The notes beneath the pieces were generated by a model. That model saw nothing but the letters and a program-made list of their open reading frames with translations, did no database searches and was not told where the DNA came from. A stretch of 64,000 bases of DNA. Source: Methanomassiliicoccaceae archaeon. GTDB taxonomy: Archaea; Thermoplasmatota; Thermoplasmata; Methanomassiliicoccales; Methanomassiliicoccaceae. How positions within the stretch are numbered: position 1 is the stretch's first letter; every line of letters starts with the position of its first letter. The stretch is from contig CAVSJV010000017.1 in assembly GCA_963728405.1 (NCBI GenBank), forward strand, positions 192,001 to 256,000, in the 5' to 3' direction. A program made the translations under genes and the position numbers. Positions 1 through 10,155 of this stretch are shown piece after piece.

Positions 1-411
1 AGCGGACGGGGTGCACCTGGGCCAGGACGACCTGCCAGTGGCAGAGGCCCACCGCATCGCCCCTCCTGGGTTCATCATCGGGGCCTCCGTCCGAACTGTG
101 GAAGAGGCCATCAGGGCGGAGAAGGACGGGGCAGATTATGTTGCTCTAAGCCCCATCTTTGACACCGGCTCGAAAACAGATGCCGGCCCCGGCCAGGGAT
201 TGAGGGCCCTGAGAGCCTCCGAACAGCGGTGGCGGTGCCGGTCGTGGCCATCGGAGGGATCGACCGTAACAATGTGAGCGAGGTCATCGGGGCGGGCGCG
301 GACGGCGTGGCGGTCATCTCTGCGGTGCTTGGCCAGGCCGATGTGGAATCAGCAGCCCGGGACCTCAAGGCCCGGGTCGTGAAGGCCATGGGCGCAAGGG
401 CGAGGATGTGA
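1..411 (+). CDS. thiE: Thiamine-phosphate synthase, 5'-truncated by window edge, one frameshift near 215
   Basis: ADGVHLGQDD, IIGASV, GADYVALSPIF.T.SK in one frame, continuing as VPVVAIGGI...GADGVAVISA in the next frame. Confidence 0.9.
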
Positions 412-495
412 ACTTCCTTCCCCCCACACCCAAACGTTCCGGGACGGCCACAGGTTCATGACCCTTCGCGCTCTACCTTTCTGTGGGTTGCCAAG

Positions 496-747
496 ATGAC
501 CGATAAGAAGCCGACCATGCCCGGGGGTCTCACTCGGGAGGAGTTCAACGGCCTCCGGGAGGACCTCCAGCAGCTGTTGAGCGCTCATCCCCGCGCGAAG
601 TTCACCATGATCTTCCTGGACCGAGGAGGCCGAAGGACCGAGGATTGTTTCCGGGCCACGAAGTATGGACTTACCGTACATGAGGATGAGAAGCTGCTGT
701 ACGAGGAGTTCGGGGACGTTGTCGATGGCGAGGTCAGAAAGGGATGA
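496..747 (+). CDS. Small hypothetical protein (83 aa)
   Basis: ATG-started ORF with typical codon usage filling the gap; no recognised motif. Confidence 0.6.
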   Translation: MTDKKPTMPGGLTREEFNGLREDLQQLLSAHPRAKFTMIFLDRGGRRTEDCFRATKYGLTVHEDEKLLYEEFGDVVDGEVRKG

Positions 748-811
748 CTGAGAGATCCGAGGGAGGATCGGACTACGGCCCGGTCCTGCTCGAGCATAAG
801 GTGGGAAATGC

Positions 812-1870
812 TTGACCCATAAGCACTGGCGTCCGTTCATCTATATCGCTTGCTCTGCCGCGCTGTTCGGAGCGAGCGCTCCGATGGCAAAGCTGTTAGT
901 GCAGGATCTCTCGCCAGTGGCCCTGGCTGGTTTGCTTTATCTGGGCGCGTTCCTCGGATTGACCGTCTATCTTTCATTGTCCAGGGCGTTCTCTCACCGG
1001 GCAGAGAAGAAGGCCGAGCCCCTCCACAGGGTCGACCTGCCGTACCTGGTAGGGGGGATCGTGTCTGGAGGGATCATCGCCCCCATCCTTCTTCTGACCG
1101 GTCTTTCCACAGTCACCGGCTTCGCCTCCTCTCTCCTGCTCAACCTGGAAGGGGTGGCCACCGCCCTCATCGCATGGATTGCCTTCCGCGAGAGCATAGG
1201 AAAGAGGATATGGATCGCCCTGGCGTTCATGACCGCCGCCGGGGCGGTGCTCACGTTGGATACCGGCAACGGGGGGGCCTCTGCGCTGGGGGCCGGCATG
1301 ATCGCCTTGGCCATGGTATTCTGGGGGTTGGACAATAATCTCACCAGACAGATATCGGAGCGGGACCCTCGGCAGATCGCCATGCTCAAGGGGCTGGTGG
1401 CGGGGAGCGTGTCCCTGGGTTTGGCATTCTTCCTGGGCCAGGGGCCCGCTTTAAGTTCAGAGGTGCTCGTTGCCCTGGTCCTCGGCTCGCTGAGCTACGG
1501 CGCGAGCCTAGTATTGTTCATCCTGGCCCTGAGCGAGCTGGGCTCGGCGAGGACGGGTGCGTTCTTCAGCCTGGGCCCCTTCGTCGGCGCGGCCATATCC
1601 ATTCCGTTGTTGAGCGAGAACCCTGACCTTCTGATGATACCGGCCGGGGCGTTCATGGCCCTAGGAGCTTATCTGCTGCTCACTGAGCGTCACTCTCATC
1701 TCCACAATCATGAAAGGATCGTGCATACCCATGCTCATGTCGTTGACGAACGTCATCAGCACGACCACCCCACGAGCATCGAGGGAGTGCATGAACACGA
1801 GCACGTGCATGTGGAGGAATTGCACTCTCACGAGCATCTGCCGGATGCCGAGCACCGCCATGGGCATTGA
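812..1870 (+). CDS. DMT/EamA family transporter with His-rich C-terminal tail
   Basis: About 10 hydrophobic segments, WGLDNNLTR motif, tail HSHLHNHERIVHTHAH...PDAEHRHGH. Confidence 0.88.
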   Translation: MTHKHWRPFIYIACSAALFGASAPMAKLLVQDLSPVALAGLLYLGAFLGLTVYLSLSRAFSHRAEKKAEPLHRVDLPYLVGGIVSGGIIAPILLLTGLSTVTGFASSLLLNLEGVATALIAWIAFRESIGKRIWIALAFMTAAGAVLTLDTGNGGASALGAGMIALAMVFWGLDNNLTRQISERDPRQIAMLKGLVAGSVSLGLAFFLGQGPALSSEVLVALVLGSLSYGASLVLFILALSELGSARTGAFFSLGPFVGAAISIPLLSENPDLLMIPAGAFMALGAYLLLTERHSHLHNHERIVHTHAHVVDERHQHDHPTSIEGVHEHEHVHVEELHSHEHLPDAEHRHGH

Positions 1871-1957
1871 GATGCATCGTCTGTTCACGGACGATTCCAA
1901 TATACCATCGGAGGGCCGCTAATCTTTCTCCCAAAGGTTATTAAGCGGCTGTCTGTG

Positions 1958-3061
1958 ATGGGCCGAAAAGGTAAACTGGAGCGTGAAGCACTGCCCTCAC
2001 AATATTCGGCGCTAGATGCGATGTTCAACGGCGATATGGCATCGTCCAGTCTCCAGGGCTCCCATTTTTACCGCATGGCGCCGTTCCGCCTGCAGATCGA
2101 ATGTTCCATCAAATGCGCGGCCGATTGTTCCTATTGCTATGCTAAGGCCACTTCCATCGGCGAACCGCTTACCACACGCGAGATAAAAGGCCTGTTGCGC
2201 CGGGCCTCTAGCATAGGCATCAAGCAGATCGATTGGATGGGCGGAGATCCTCTGGAGCGGCCAGACTGGATCGAACTGTTGCAGGCCGCTCGGTACAATG
2301 GTATGACCAACAATCTGTGGACCTGCGGACCCCGTCTCAATGATATCGGCAGGGCCAAGTGGGTCCTGGACCTGACCCAGGGCGGCTACGTGATGATTCA
2401 CCTTGACTCACTGGACCCAGACGTTTTGCAATCGATGCGCTCGACCTACAACCCACTGACCACCCGGGAGACGTTGCGGGGAGTGGAGCTCCTCCTAGAG
2501 ATGGGCAAGCCTCCTGAGGAGATGGGCAACCTTCTAATGCAGACCGCCGCCCAGACCCCCAGGGACATCGGGGAGACAATGACCTACCTCTATCAGCATT
2601 ATGGCCTCCGGACCTGCCTCATGTCCCTCAAGCCGGTGGACGAGACCGGCAAACTGTATACGATGCTGCCCCGGGCCGAGGATGTCAACGCCGCCTATCA
2701 GATGCGGGACGAGCTGTTCCTTAACGGCCATAATATGGGGTGCCAGGACCTTCCTAAACAGTATTGCGGCTCCACCTTGTTCATCTCGATCGATGGACGG
2801 GTGTCCTCATGCTACTCCCTCCGCCGGAACCTGGGGTCAGTGCGCGAGCACACCTTGGAGGACATTATTTCGAGCAATTCATCGTCGCTGTTCTTCACCG
2901 GATTCAGGAAGGAGGAACATAATATCGTCTGCGGTTCGTGCGAAAGAGATCTGTGTTGGGGATGCCGGGCCAACGCCTTCTACTTCGGTGGAGGCGTTTA
3001 CTCGCAGGATCCCTTGTGCCCTCGGAGCGGGCGTTCCTCCAAGGTCGATCTGCCGTACTAA
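1958..3061 (+). CDS. Radical SAM protein with SPASM domain
   Basis: CAADCSYC (CxxxCxxC), GGDPL, C-terminal YCG...DGRVSSC...CGSC..LCWGCRA...DPLC. Confidence 0.9.
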   Translation: MGRKGKLEREALPSQYSALDAMFNGDMASSSLQGSHFYRMAPFRLQIECSIKCAADCSYCYAKATSIGEPLTTREIKGLLRRASSIGIKQIDWMGGDPLERPDWIELLQAARYNGMTNNLWTCGPRLNDIGRAKWVLDLTQGGYVMIHLDSLDPDVLQSMRSTYNPLTTRETLRGVELLLEMGKPPEEMGNLLMQTAAQTPRDIGETMTYLYQHYGLRTCLMSLKPVDETGKLYTMLPRAEDVNAAYQMRDELFLNGHNMGCQDLPKQYCGSTLFISIDGRVSSCYSLRRNLGSVREHTLEDIISSNSSSLFFTGFRKEEHNIVCGSCERDLCWGCRANAFYFGGGVYSQDPLCPRSGRSSKVDLPY

Positions 3062-3838
3062 TCGTAAAGGGCCGGTTCGAGCACGAACTTGCAGAAGTTG
3101 CTCTTGGTCCCGAAGCATTCCGAATGGGTCACGCGCAACGGCACTCCCGTCCGGCTATCGAAGATCGCTTCCATGATCCCCTCGTTGAGGATGCACAGCG
3201 TCTTTCCGACATCCGGCACATCGGACATGTCATAGTCGTCCTTCACGATGATCGTCAGGGGCACCAGGGAATAGACGTTCAGTTCCCCCAGATCATGCTG
3301 GATGTAGAACTCCTTCACCTCATCGATCAGTCCCTTGACCTCGGTCGATTTCATGTGCCGGGCCACCGAAACGCCGATCTGGCGGCCGATGTCCTTGAGC
3401 ACCGGGTCCATGTTGAGACCGATCGCCTCCACCCCGATAACCAGCGCTCTCAGCTCACCTTTTAGGAACTTGGTCGGCGAGCCGATGCTCTTATCAATGA
3501 TGCTGGTGACAGCCTTGGCCAGATCCTCACGCGGAACGACCGAGCTCCCCACTGGCTTGGACACGAGGTAGAAGATCTTACCGTCGGTTGTCGGAAGGAT
3601 CGTCCCTGGATGCCACCAGCCCTTCTTTGACCATCTTGTCCAGGTGGACGGATAACGTGGATTGCGCCTTCCCAGTCAGCTGGGCGATCTCTGACAGGCT
3701 CAGGTCCCGCCTCTGCAGCTCGCTCAATATCTTCTGTCGCACAGGATTGGATATCTGTTTCAACCCGGAGCTGGTAGAATAGACGTCGAGCGCAGAACTC
3801 TTCTTCATAGGGTTCGGTAGACTAATCGCTCCGTCCAT
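3058..3838 (-). CDS. ArsR-family HTH regulator with C-terminal V4R domain, one frameshift near 3580
   Basis: ISNPVRQKIL..L...SLSEIAQLTGKAQSTLSVHL; removing one T restores DNRRKIFYLVSKP into the V4R part (LCILNEG...HSECFG....CKF). Confidence 0.85.
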
Positions 3839-3859
3839 ATTATAACTTGACGATTGTTC

Positions 3860-3876
3860 GCTTAACGCTGTTAAGC
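3860..3876. promoter_or_regulatory. Perfect 7-3-7 inverted repeat, candidate operator
   Basis: GCTTAAC-GCT-GTTAAGC in the divergent intergenic region between the ArsR-V4R gene and mtnA. Confidence 0.45.
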
Positions 3877-3920
3877 CAAGCCTTTTCTATCACTGACAGG
3901 AATCACTTGAATGTCTTAAC

Positions 3921-4946
3921 ATGAGGGTCATCAAAGGTAAGAAGAGCATCGAAACGAGGGCGGTCTGGTATGAGGACGGCAAGGTCCGCATGATCGACCA
4001 GCGCATCCTCCCCCAGAGATTCCGGATCATTGATCTCACCGATCATCACGGTGTGGCCGAGTCCATCAAGAACATGACCATCCGGGGCGCGCCCTCCATC
4101 GGGGCGGCCGCCGCTTACGGAATAGCCCTGGCCGCAGTGAACAAAGAGAATGTCCAAAAGGCGGCCGAACTGATCAAGAGCACCCGTCCCACCGCCTACG
4201 ACCTATTCTATGCGGTCGACCACATGCTTCGCTCCCTGGAGCTGGGCGATGACCCGGTGGAAGCGGCCGATGGATACGCTGACCAGATCATAGAGCGCTG
4301 CCGTCTCATCGGCAAGTACGGCGCTCAGCTCATCGGGGACGAGCAGAACATCATGACCCACTGCAACGCCGGAGCCCTGGCAACGGTGGACATAGGGACT
4401 GCTTTGGCACCAATTCGGACCGCCTGGACCGAGGGCAAGCACATCTATGTCTACGTTTCCGAGACCAGACCCCGCCTACAGGGGATGCGGCTCACCGCCT
4501 GGGAGCTCTACAATGAGGGCATTCCCCATGCCATCATTGTCGATGGAGCCTCCGGCCATTACCTTCGCAAGGAGGTCAATATTGTCATAGTCGGCGCCGA
4601 CCGCATCGCCGCCAACGGGGACTTCGCCAACAAGATCGGTACCTTCGACAAGGCAGTGCTTTGTCGCGAGCTGGGTGTGCCGTTCTATGTGGCCGCGCCC
4701 ATCTCGACCTTCGACTTCTCCCTACCGACCGGCGATAACATCGTCATCGAGGACCGCTCCGAGGATGAGGTGACCTACGTTGGAAAGGAGAGGATCGCGC
4801 CCAAGGGGTCTCCGGCCCTGAACCCCTCTTTCGATATGACCCGGGCCAAGTACGTCACCGGGTTCATCACCGAGGCCGGCATCCTCCGGCCCGAGGAGAT
4901 CTCCAGAGTTCGCAAGGAGCAGTTCATGGAAAAGGGAGAACTATGA
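3921..4946 (+). CDS. mtnA: S-methyl-5-thioribose-1-phosphate isomerase (eIF2B-like family)
   Basis: IDQRILP, IRGAPSIG, TRPTA, THCNAGALAT, ETRPRLQG, GADRI..NGD.ANKIGT. Confidence 0.92.
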   Translation: MRVIKGKKSIETRAVWYEDGKVRMIDQRILPQRFRIIDLTDHHGVAESIKNMTIRGAPSIGAAAAYGIALAAVNKENVQKAAELIKSTRPTAYDLFYAVDHMLRSLELGDDPVEAADGYADQIIERCRLIGKYGAQLIGDEQNIMTHCNAGALATVDIGTALAPIRTAWTEGKHIYVYVSETRPRLQGMRLTAWELYNEGIPHAIIVDGASGHYLRKEVNIVIVGADRIAANGDFANKIGTFDKAVLCRELGVPFYVAAPISTFDFSLPTGDNIVIEDRSEDEVTYVGKERIAPKGSPALNPSFDMTRAKYVTGFITEAGILRPEEISRVRKEQFMEKGEL

Positions 4947-5569
4947 GCGATGGTGCGCTCCGCCAGATGCTGACAGACATAAGCAAGCTGGCCTACGATC
5001 GCCGGCTGACCTTTGGGGCCGGTGGCAACCTCAGCGCCCGTTTGGATGACGACACTATCCTGATCACACCTTCCGGTACGATCAAGGGGCTGCTGTCCCC
5101 GGAGCAGATGATCCGGGTCGACGCCCGAACGGAGAAGGCCATAGGGGGCGGGAAGCCGTCCATGGAGACGCCGTTCCATACTGCGCTCTATCGGGCTCGC
5201 CCCGACATCGGGGCGGTCGTCCACCTGCATCCGCCTTCCTGTACCGCACTGGCAGTGATGTCCCGAAACCTGAGATCGGCCATCACCCCGGAAGGGGTGC
5301 TGGTCCTAGGCGACTACGTACCTACAATCCAGTATGCCACTCCCGGTTCGGAAGAGCTGGCCCAGGTGATCGTTGACGGTCTTGGCAAGAGCAGTGTAGG
5401 CCTGCTGCAGAGCCATGGGGCACTGGCGGTGGGCAAGGACCTCATGGAGGCGTTCGGCCGGATGGAAACGATGGAGTACATCGCCACCCTCCAACTGAGA
5501 TGCGAAGAGCTAGGCGACCTGGAGGACCTGCCCGAGGAGGAGGTCGACCGGATGCTCATCAAAAAGTAG
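4943..5569 (+). CDS. Class II aldolase/adducin family protein (FucA/MtnB-like)
   Basis: GGNLSAR, ITPSG, KPSMETPFH..LY, VVHLHPP, LLQSHG. Confidence 0.88.
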   Translation: MSDGALRQMLTDISKLAYDRRLTFGAGGNLSARLDDDTILITPSGTIKGLLSPEQMIRVDARTEKAIGGGKPSMETPFHTALYRARPDIGAVVHLHPPSCTALAVMSRNLRSAITPEGVLVLGDYVPTIQYATPGSEELAQVIVDGLGKSSVGLLQSHGALAVGKDLMEAFGRMETMEYIATLQLRCEELGDLEDLPEEEVDRMLIKK

Positions 5570-5596
5570 ATGATTAGGCAAGGAGTGCGGTGTCCG

Positions 5597-6733
5597 ATGA
5601 TCCTGGTAACGAAGTGGTTCGGCGTGTTCATGGCCGATAAGGAAAAAACAAAGGTCGTAGGCCATGTTCTCTTCGAGAAAGACCCCAAGATCATCGCCGG
5701 CAAGCTCGCGTTGGTCCAAAAGGGCGAGATCCTTCCGGAGGAGGAGAAGCTGGCCCAGAAAAGGATGCGGGTCGCCGAGCCCCGCCTGTCCCCGTTGGGC
5801 AAGCCAGAGGTGTTCGACTCCGCGTTCATCAAGGCCGAGGACTACGGGTTCTCTCCTCAATTGATGCAGAAGGTGATGGTCGAGCTGGGCAAGATACGAA
5901 CCAGGGAGCCTCTCCCCGCAGACCGCTTCATCGTCCAGGCGGTAAGGGCGCTGGACGACACCATCGAGACGATCAACCTCATGAGCGAGCGGCTCCACGA
6001 GTGGTATGGGCTACACTTCCCCGAGCTGGCGGACTACGCCAACGAGGAGCGGTATGTTCGGTTCATCGCCGAGAAGGGAGCGCGGGAGGGCATCCTGAAC
6101 GCTCTGGACCTCCAGCTCGAGTCGGTAGGCTCGGAACTGGAGGAGAAGGACCTGGAAGTGGTGAAGGGGTTCGCCGCATCGCTGCTGCTCCTATATGGTG
6201 AGAAGGAACGCTTGGAAACCTACATCGCCGACCGCATGCAGGAGGCGGCCCCCAACCTTACCTCGATCGTAGGTGCTAGCCTGGGAGCGAGGCTCATCTC
6301 CATCGCCGGCGGATTGAAACGGCTGTCCCAAATGCCCGCGGGCACGGTCCAGCTGCTTGGCGCGGAGAAGGCACTGTTCGCCCATCTCCGGCAGGGGAAG
6401 AGACCGCCCAAGCACGGTATCATCTTCCAACATCCCACCATCCACCGCGCCCCCTATTGGCAGAGGGGAAAGATCTCCCGAACCATGGGCGGGAAGCTGT
6501 CCATCGCCTCCAAGGTCGACTATTTCAAGGGCGAGTTCGTGGGTGACCAGCTGAACGAGGACCTGGCGAAGCGGGTCGAGGAGGTCATAAAGAAGTATCC
6601 CGACCCGCCCAAGAGGGTGGAGAGGCCGCCCATGTCGAGAGGGCCGCCCCCGAGGGGAAGGGGACAGGGACAATGGCAGGGACGCGGCGGACCGGACCAG
6701 GGAAGGGGGCGGGGGCCCCCCCGGAGACGCTGA
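5597..6733 (+). CDS. nop5: Nop5 (Nop56/58) box C/D RNP protein
   Basis: [49 protein letters not shown]. Confidence 0.93.
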   Translation: MILVTKWFGVFMADKEKTKVVGHVLFEKDPKIIAGKLALVQKGEILPEEEKLAQKRMRVAEPRLSPLGKPEVFDSAFIKAEDYGFSPQLMQKVMVELGKIRTREPLPADRFIVQAVRALDDTIETINLMSERLHEWYGLHFPELADYANEERYVRFIAEKGAREGILNALDLQLESVGSELEEKDLEVVKGFAASLLLLYGEKERLETYIADRMQEAAPNLTSIVGASLGARLISIAGGLKRLSQMPAGTVQLLGAEKALFAHLRQGKRPPKHGIIFQHPTIHRAPYWQRGKISRTMGGKLSIASKVDYFKGEFVGDQLNEDLAKRVEEVIKKYPDPPKRVERPPMSRGPPPRGRGQGQWQGRGGPDQGRGRGPPRRR

Positions 6734-6821
6734 ACGCGGCCAGGAACCATGGGTGGTCGAGAGCGGTCTCCCGACTAAGCAAAATATTTATGTAGGCGGC
6801 GTTTTCCCTCAATTGATATTT

Positions 6822-7205
6822 ATGTGGACTCAGGCCGAGGTCAGGGAGCTCAAAGTAGGACGCTACATGCTCATCGACGATGAACCCTGCAAGATTATTT
6901 CCATCGACACTTCCAAGCCCGGTAAGCACGGCGAAGCCAAGAGCCGTATCGATGCTGTCGGACTTTATGACGGAAAGAAGCGCAGCGTTGTGCATCCAGT
7001 CAAGCACAAGGTGCAGATACCGATGATCGACAAGCGGAAGGGACAGATCCTGGCCATCGCTGGCGACGAAGCGCAGATGATGGACTTAGAGACCTTCGAG
7101 AACTTCACTCTCCCCATCGACCCCGAGCTCAAGGACCAGATGCACGCTGGCGAAGAGGTCATGTACATGGTGGCAATGGGCAAGAGGAAGATCACGAAGG
7201 TCTGA
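6822..7205 (+). CDS. eif5a: Translation factor aIF-5A
   Basis: [10 protein letters not shown] hypusination motif; ATG 6822 about 30 nt after an AT-rich TATA-like box. Confidence 0.96.
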   Translation: MWTQAEVRELKVGRYMLIDDEPCKIISIDTSKPGKHGEAKSRIDAVGLYDGKKRSVVHPVKHKVQIPMIDKRKGQILAIAGDEAQMMDLETFENFTLPIDPELKDQMHAGEEVMYMVAMGKRKITKV

Positions 7206-7219
7206 AGCTGGTCTCTTCG

Positions 7220-8113
7220 ATGCCACTACCAGGAATCAATTTCCTGGGCGCCGGCGCGTCCTACGAGGAATCTAAGTTCGTTGTGGTCGGTGTTCCTTTC
7301 GACCGGACCACATCCTATCGGCCTGGGGCTCGCGCCGCACCTAATGCGATACGCGAGGCCTCCTACAATTTTGAGCAATACCTCTTCGAACATGATCTCG
7401 ATCTGACCGAGGTCAAGGTCCACGACATGGGCAACCTCCCAGATTTCGGCACCGTGGAGGAGATGGTCGAGGAAACGAGGAAGATGACCAAAAAACTGGT
7501 CGCCGACGATAAGTTCCCCATTATCTTGGGGGGTGAGCACACCGTATCGGTGCCGGCCATCGAGGCCTTCGACGATATCGGGGTCATCTCCATCGACGCC
7601 CATCTAGACTATCGCGACACCTACATGGGACAGAAGTACAACCATGCCTGCGTCACCAAGCGCGCATCAGAACATGTGAGCCGCGATAACATGCTGGTGT
7701 TCGGCGTGCGTTCCATTTCTAAGGAAGAGAAGACCGCCGGCAATATGCCCGAGTACATCGATGCATTCTCCATCGCCCAGGAAGGAGTGGAGAAGGCGTT
7801 CAAGAGAGCTCTCAATATCATCAAGAAGGACAGGATCTACCTGAGCCTGGACATCGATGGCATCGATCCGGCGTTCGCTCCCGGGACGGGGACCCCGGAA
7901 CCGTTCGGGCTGACATCCCTGGACGTCAAGAAGTGCATCAACATGCTCGGTCCACGCCTGGTAGGCTTCGATGTGGTCGAGATATCCCCGCCCTACGACA
8001 AAGGGAACACCGCTGCCCTGGGAGCGCGAATGGTCCAGGAGGCAGTGGCGGTGGCCTGGAAATACAAGAGCGGCGAGGCCAAGAGCGGCGGCCGCTGGTC
8101 CCTTAGATTCTAA
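7220..8113 (+). CDS. speB: Agmatinase
   Basis: GGEHTVS, DAHLD, SLDIDGIDPAFAPGTGTPEP. Confidence 0.92.
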   Translation: MPLPGINFLGAGASYEESKFVVVGVPFDRTTSYRPGARAAPNAIREASYNFEQYLFEHDLDLTEVKVHDMGNLPDFGTVEEMVEETRKMTKKLVADDKFPIILGGEHTVSVPAIEAFDDIGVISIDAHLDYRDTYMGQKYNHACVTKRASEHVSRDNMLVFGVRSISKEEKTAGNMPEYIDAFSIAQEGVEKAFKRALNIIKKDRIYLSLDIDGIDPAFAPGTGTPEPFGLTSLDVKKCINMLGPRLVGFDVVEISPPYDKGNTAALGARMVQEAVAVAWKYKSGEAKSGGRWSLRF

Positions 8114-9464
8114 CCCTTGACCAGGTCCCGAAGGACCTTCTCGCACTCCTCGGACCGTTCCTTGGCATCCTCGGGCGTTCTGGCCTCGGAGTACACGCGG
8201 AACAACGGCTCGGTACCTGACGGCCGCACTAGGGTCCAGCCGTCGTCATAGCAGATCTTGACGCCGTCGGTGGTGTCCACCCGCTGCGATGCGTAATACT
8301 CCACCAGCGCCATCAGCACCTTCTCCTTCCGCTCGTCCGGGCAGACCATCTTGCGCTTGTCCTGGCTGTACACCGGGATCCGGTCGACCAGCGTTGACAG
8401 GGGTCCGTCGCTCGGGCGACTATCTCGAGCATCTTGGCCACGGTCATGGCCCCGTCCCGGCAGAACTGGTGCTTCGGGAAGATCAGGCCGCCGTTCTCCT
8501 CACCGCCGAAGACCGCCCCCACCTCCATCATCTTGCGCGCTACGATCGGCGCTCCGACCCTTGTGTAGATCAACTCCCCGCCGGCGCGGCGGACGACATC
8601 CTCCACGGCCATGGATGAAGACACCGGCGTCACCACAATCCCGCCGTTGTTCTCGCGCACCATCGCTTCCGCCGTTATCGCGAGGCTCTTATCACCATAC
8701 ATGTAGCGGCCCTTGTCGTCAATGAATATGGTCCGGTCCGCGTCACCATCATGGGCGATGCCCAGGTCCGCCCCAGTATCGCGGACCATGGCGATCAGGT
8801 CCTTGAGATGGGACTCCACCGGCTCGGACGGATGACCGGGGAAGGTTCCCTGGGGATTGCAGTTGAGAGTGATCGCCCTGACATTAAGATCGTCCAGCAA
8901 TTGCGGAGTGGAGACCGCTCCGGCCCCATTGGCACAGTCCAGGACCACGGTGAGACCGGCGCCCCTAATGGCATCGGCGTCCACCAGGCGCATGACCGAG
9001 CCGAGGTAGGACTGCACTGCGCCGGTAGTTTGGCGCATCTGTCCCACTTCCCTCCAACCCATGGAGGTGAAGCTCTTGGTGAAATAGAGGCGTTCGATCT
9101 CCTCCTCCTTGGAGCGGGGCATCTCGGTGCCGTCGGAATCAACGCACTTGATCCCATTGAACTCTGGAGGGTTGTGGGAGGCGGTGATCATGATGCCTCC
9201 GGAGAGGCGATTGGTCTTGACGTAATACTGTACCACGGGTGTGGGGACCATACCAAGGTCGAGCACCTCTGCGCCGGCACACATCAGGCCCGACGACACG
9301 GCGCTCTTGATCATGGTGGCCGAGGTCCGGGAATCGGTGCCTACCGCCACTCGCCCCTTCATGAACGTTCCGATCGCCTTCCCCAGGTCCATGGCCAACT
9401 GGACGTTCATGTCCTTGTTGATTACGCCCCTGACCCCATTGGTTCCGAACAACTTCTCTGCCAT
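8110..9464 (-). CDS. glmM: Phosphoglucosamine mutase/phosphomannomutase, one frameshift near 8410
   Basis: LFGTNGVRG, ITASHNP, DGDADR, GGEENGG; C-terminal VRPSGTEP in the next frame. Confidence 0.85.
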
Positions 9465-9468
9465 TTGA

Positions 9469-10155
9469 TCACCGCGCCTTATGGGCCTCGGAAGTGAGCA
9501 GGATGTGTATAATGTCAGCGACGTCCTTGCATGAGTCAGCGGAGTTCTCGATGCCATGGAGCATGTCCCGGAGAAGGAACACTGCCCGGGGATCGATGTC
9601 CGAGAACAGTATCTCCTTCTTGGTGACGAAATATAGCTCGTCCAGCACATGCTCGAGCCTCTCTACCTCACGGGAGTGCTTGTTGGCCAGCTCGTGGTTG
9701 ACACCCAGGTTCTCGATGCTCGCCCGTAGCTCTTTGGTCGCTTTCTCCAGCTCGATAGTCATCTCATGGTAGTGGGACCAGAGGTTCACCGGGACCTTGA
9801 CCCCGGCCTCCAGAATAAGCTGCAGGTTCATGCCCGATTCCTTGGACCAGTCGGCGATGTAGTCCATGCGGCGGACCATGCGCATGAGGTCCTCACGCTC
9901 CTTGGCATCCATGTCGCCTTTGCTCAGTTCCTCGCTGATCCTCTCCTCGATGTTATCCGCTTCCTTCTCGGACAGTAGCATACGACCGAGCGCTTCCATG
10001 GCCTTTTCTTTGTCCGCACCGCATAACGCGGTAACGGCCTTGTTGAGTTCGGACACACTGTCCCCTACCGCTCGAACATGGTCTCTTATCCCGCTCATGA
10101 CCACCGACTCACGGCGTTTACCGAACCACTCCATTAACGATTTGCGTTCACTCAA
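9469..10155 (-). CDS. DUF47/PhoU-like protein
   Basis: Duplicated helical motifs EKEADNI...D.IAD and EHVLDEL...ENSADSCKDVAD. Confidence 0.82.
   Translation of the reverse strand: MSERKSLMEWFGKRRESVVMSGIRDHVRAVGDSVSELNKAVTALCGADKEKAMEALGRMLLSEKEADNIEERISEELSKGDMDAKEREDLMRMVRRMDYIADWSKESGMNLQLILEAGVKVPVNLWSHYHEMTIELEKATKELRASIENLGVNHELANKHSREVERLEHVLDELYFVTKKEILFSDIDPRAVFLLRDMLHGIENSADSCKDVADIIHILLTSEAHKAR

Noticed and set aside
5567-5597. Aldolase TAG in frame with nop5 (possible pyrrolysine fusion)
   Set aside because: Unrelated functions; nop5 has its own SD-like AGGAG and ATG at 5597; TAG is a common stop in this window.
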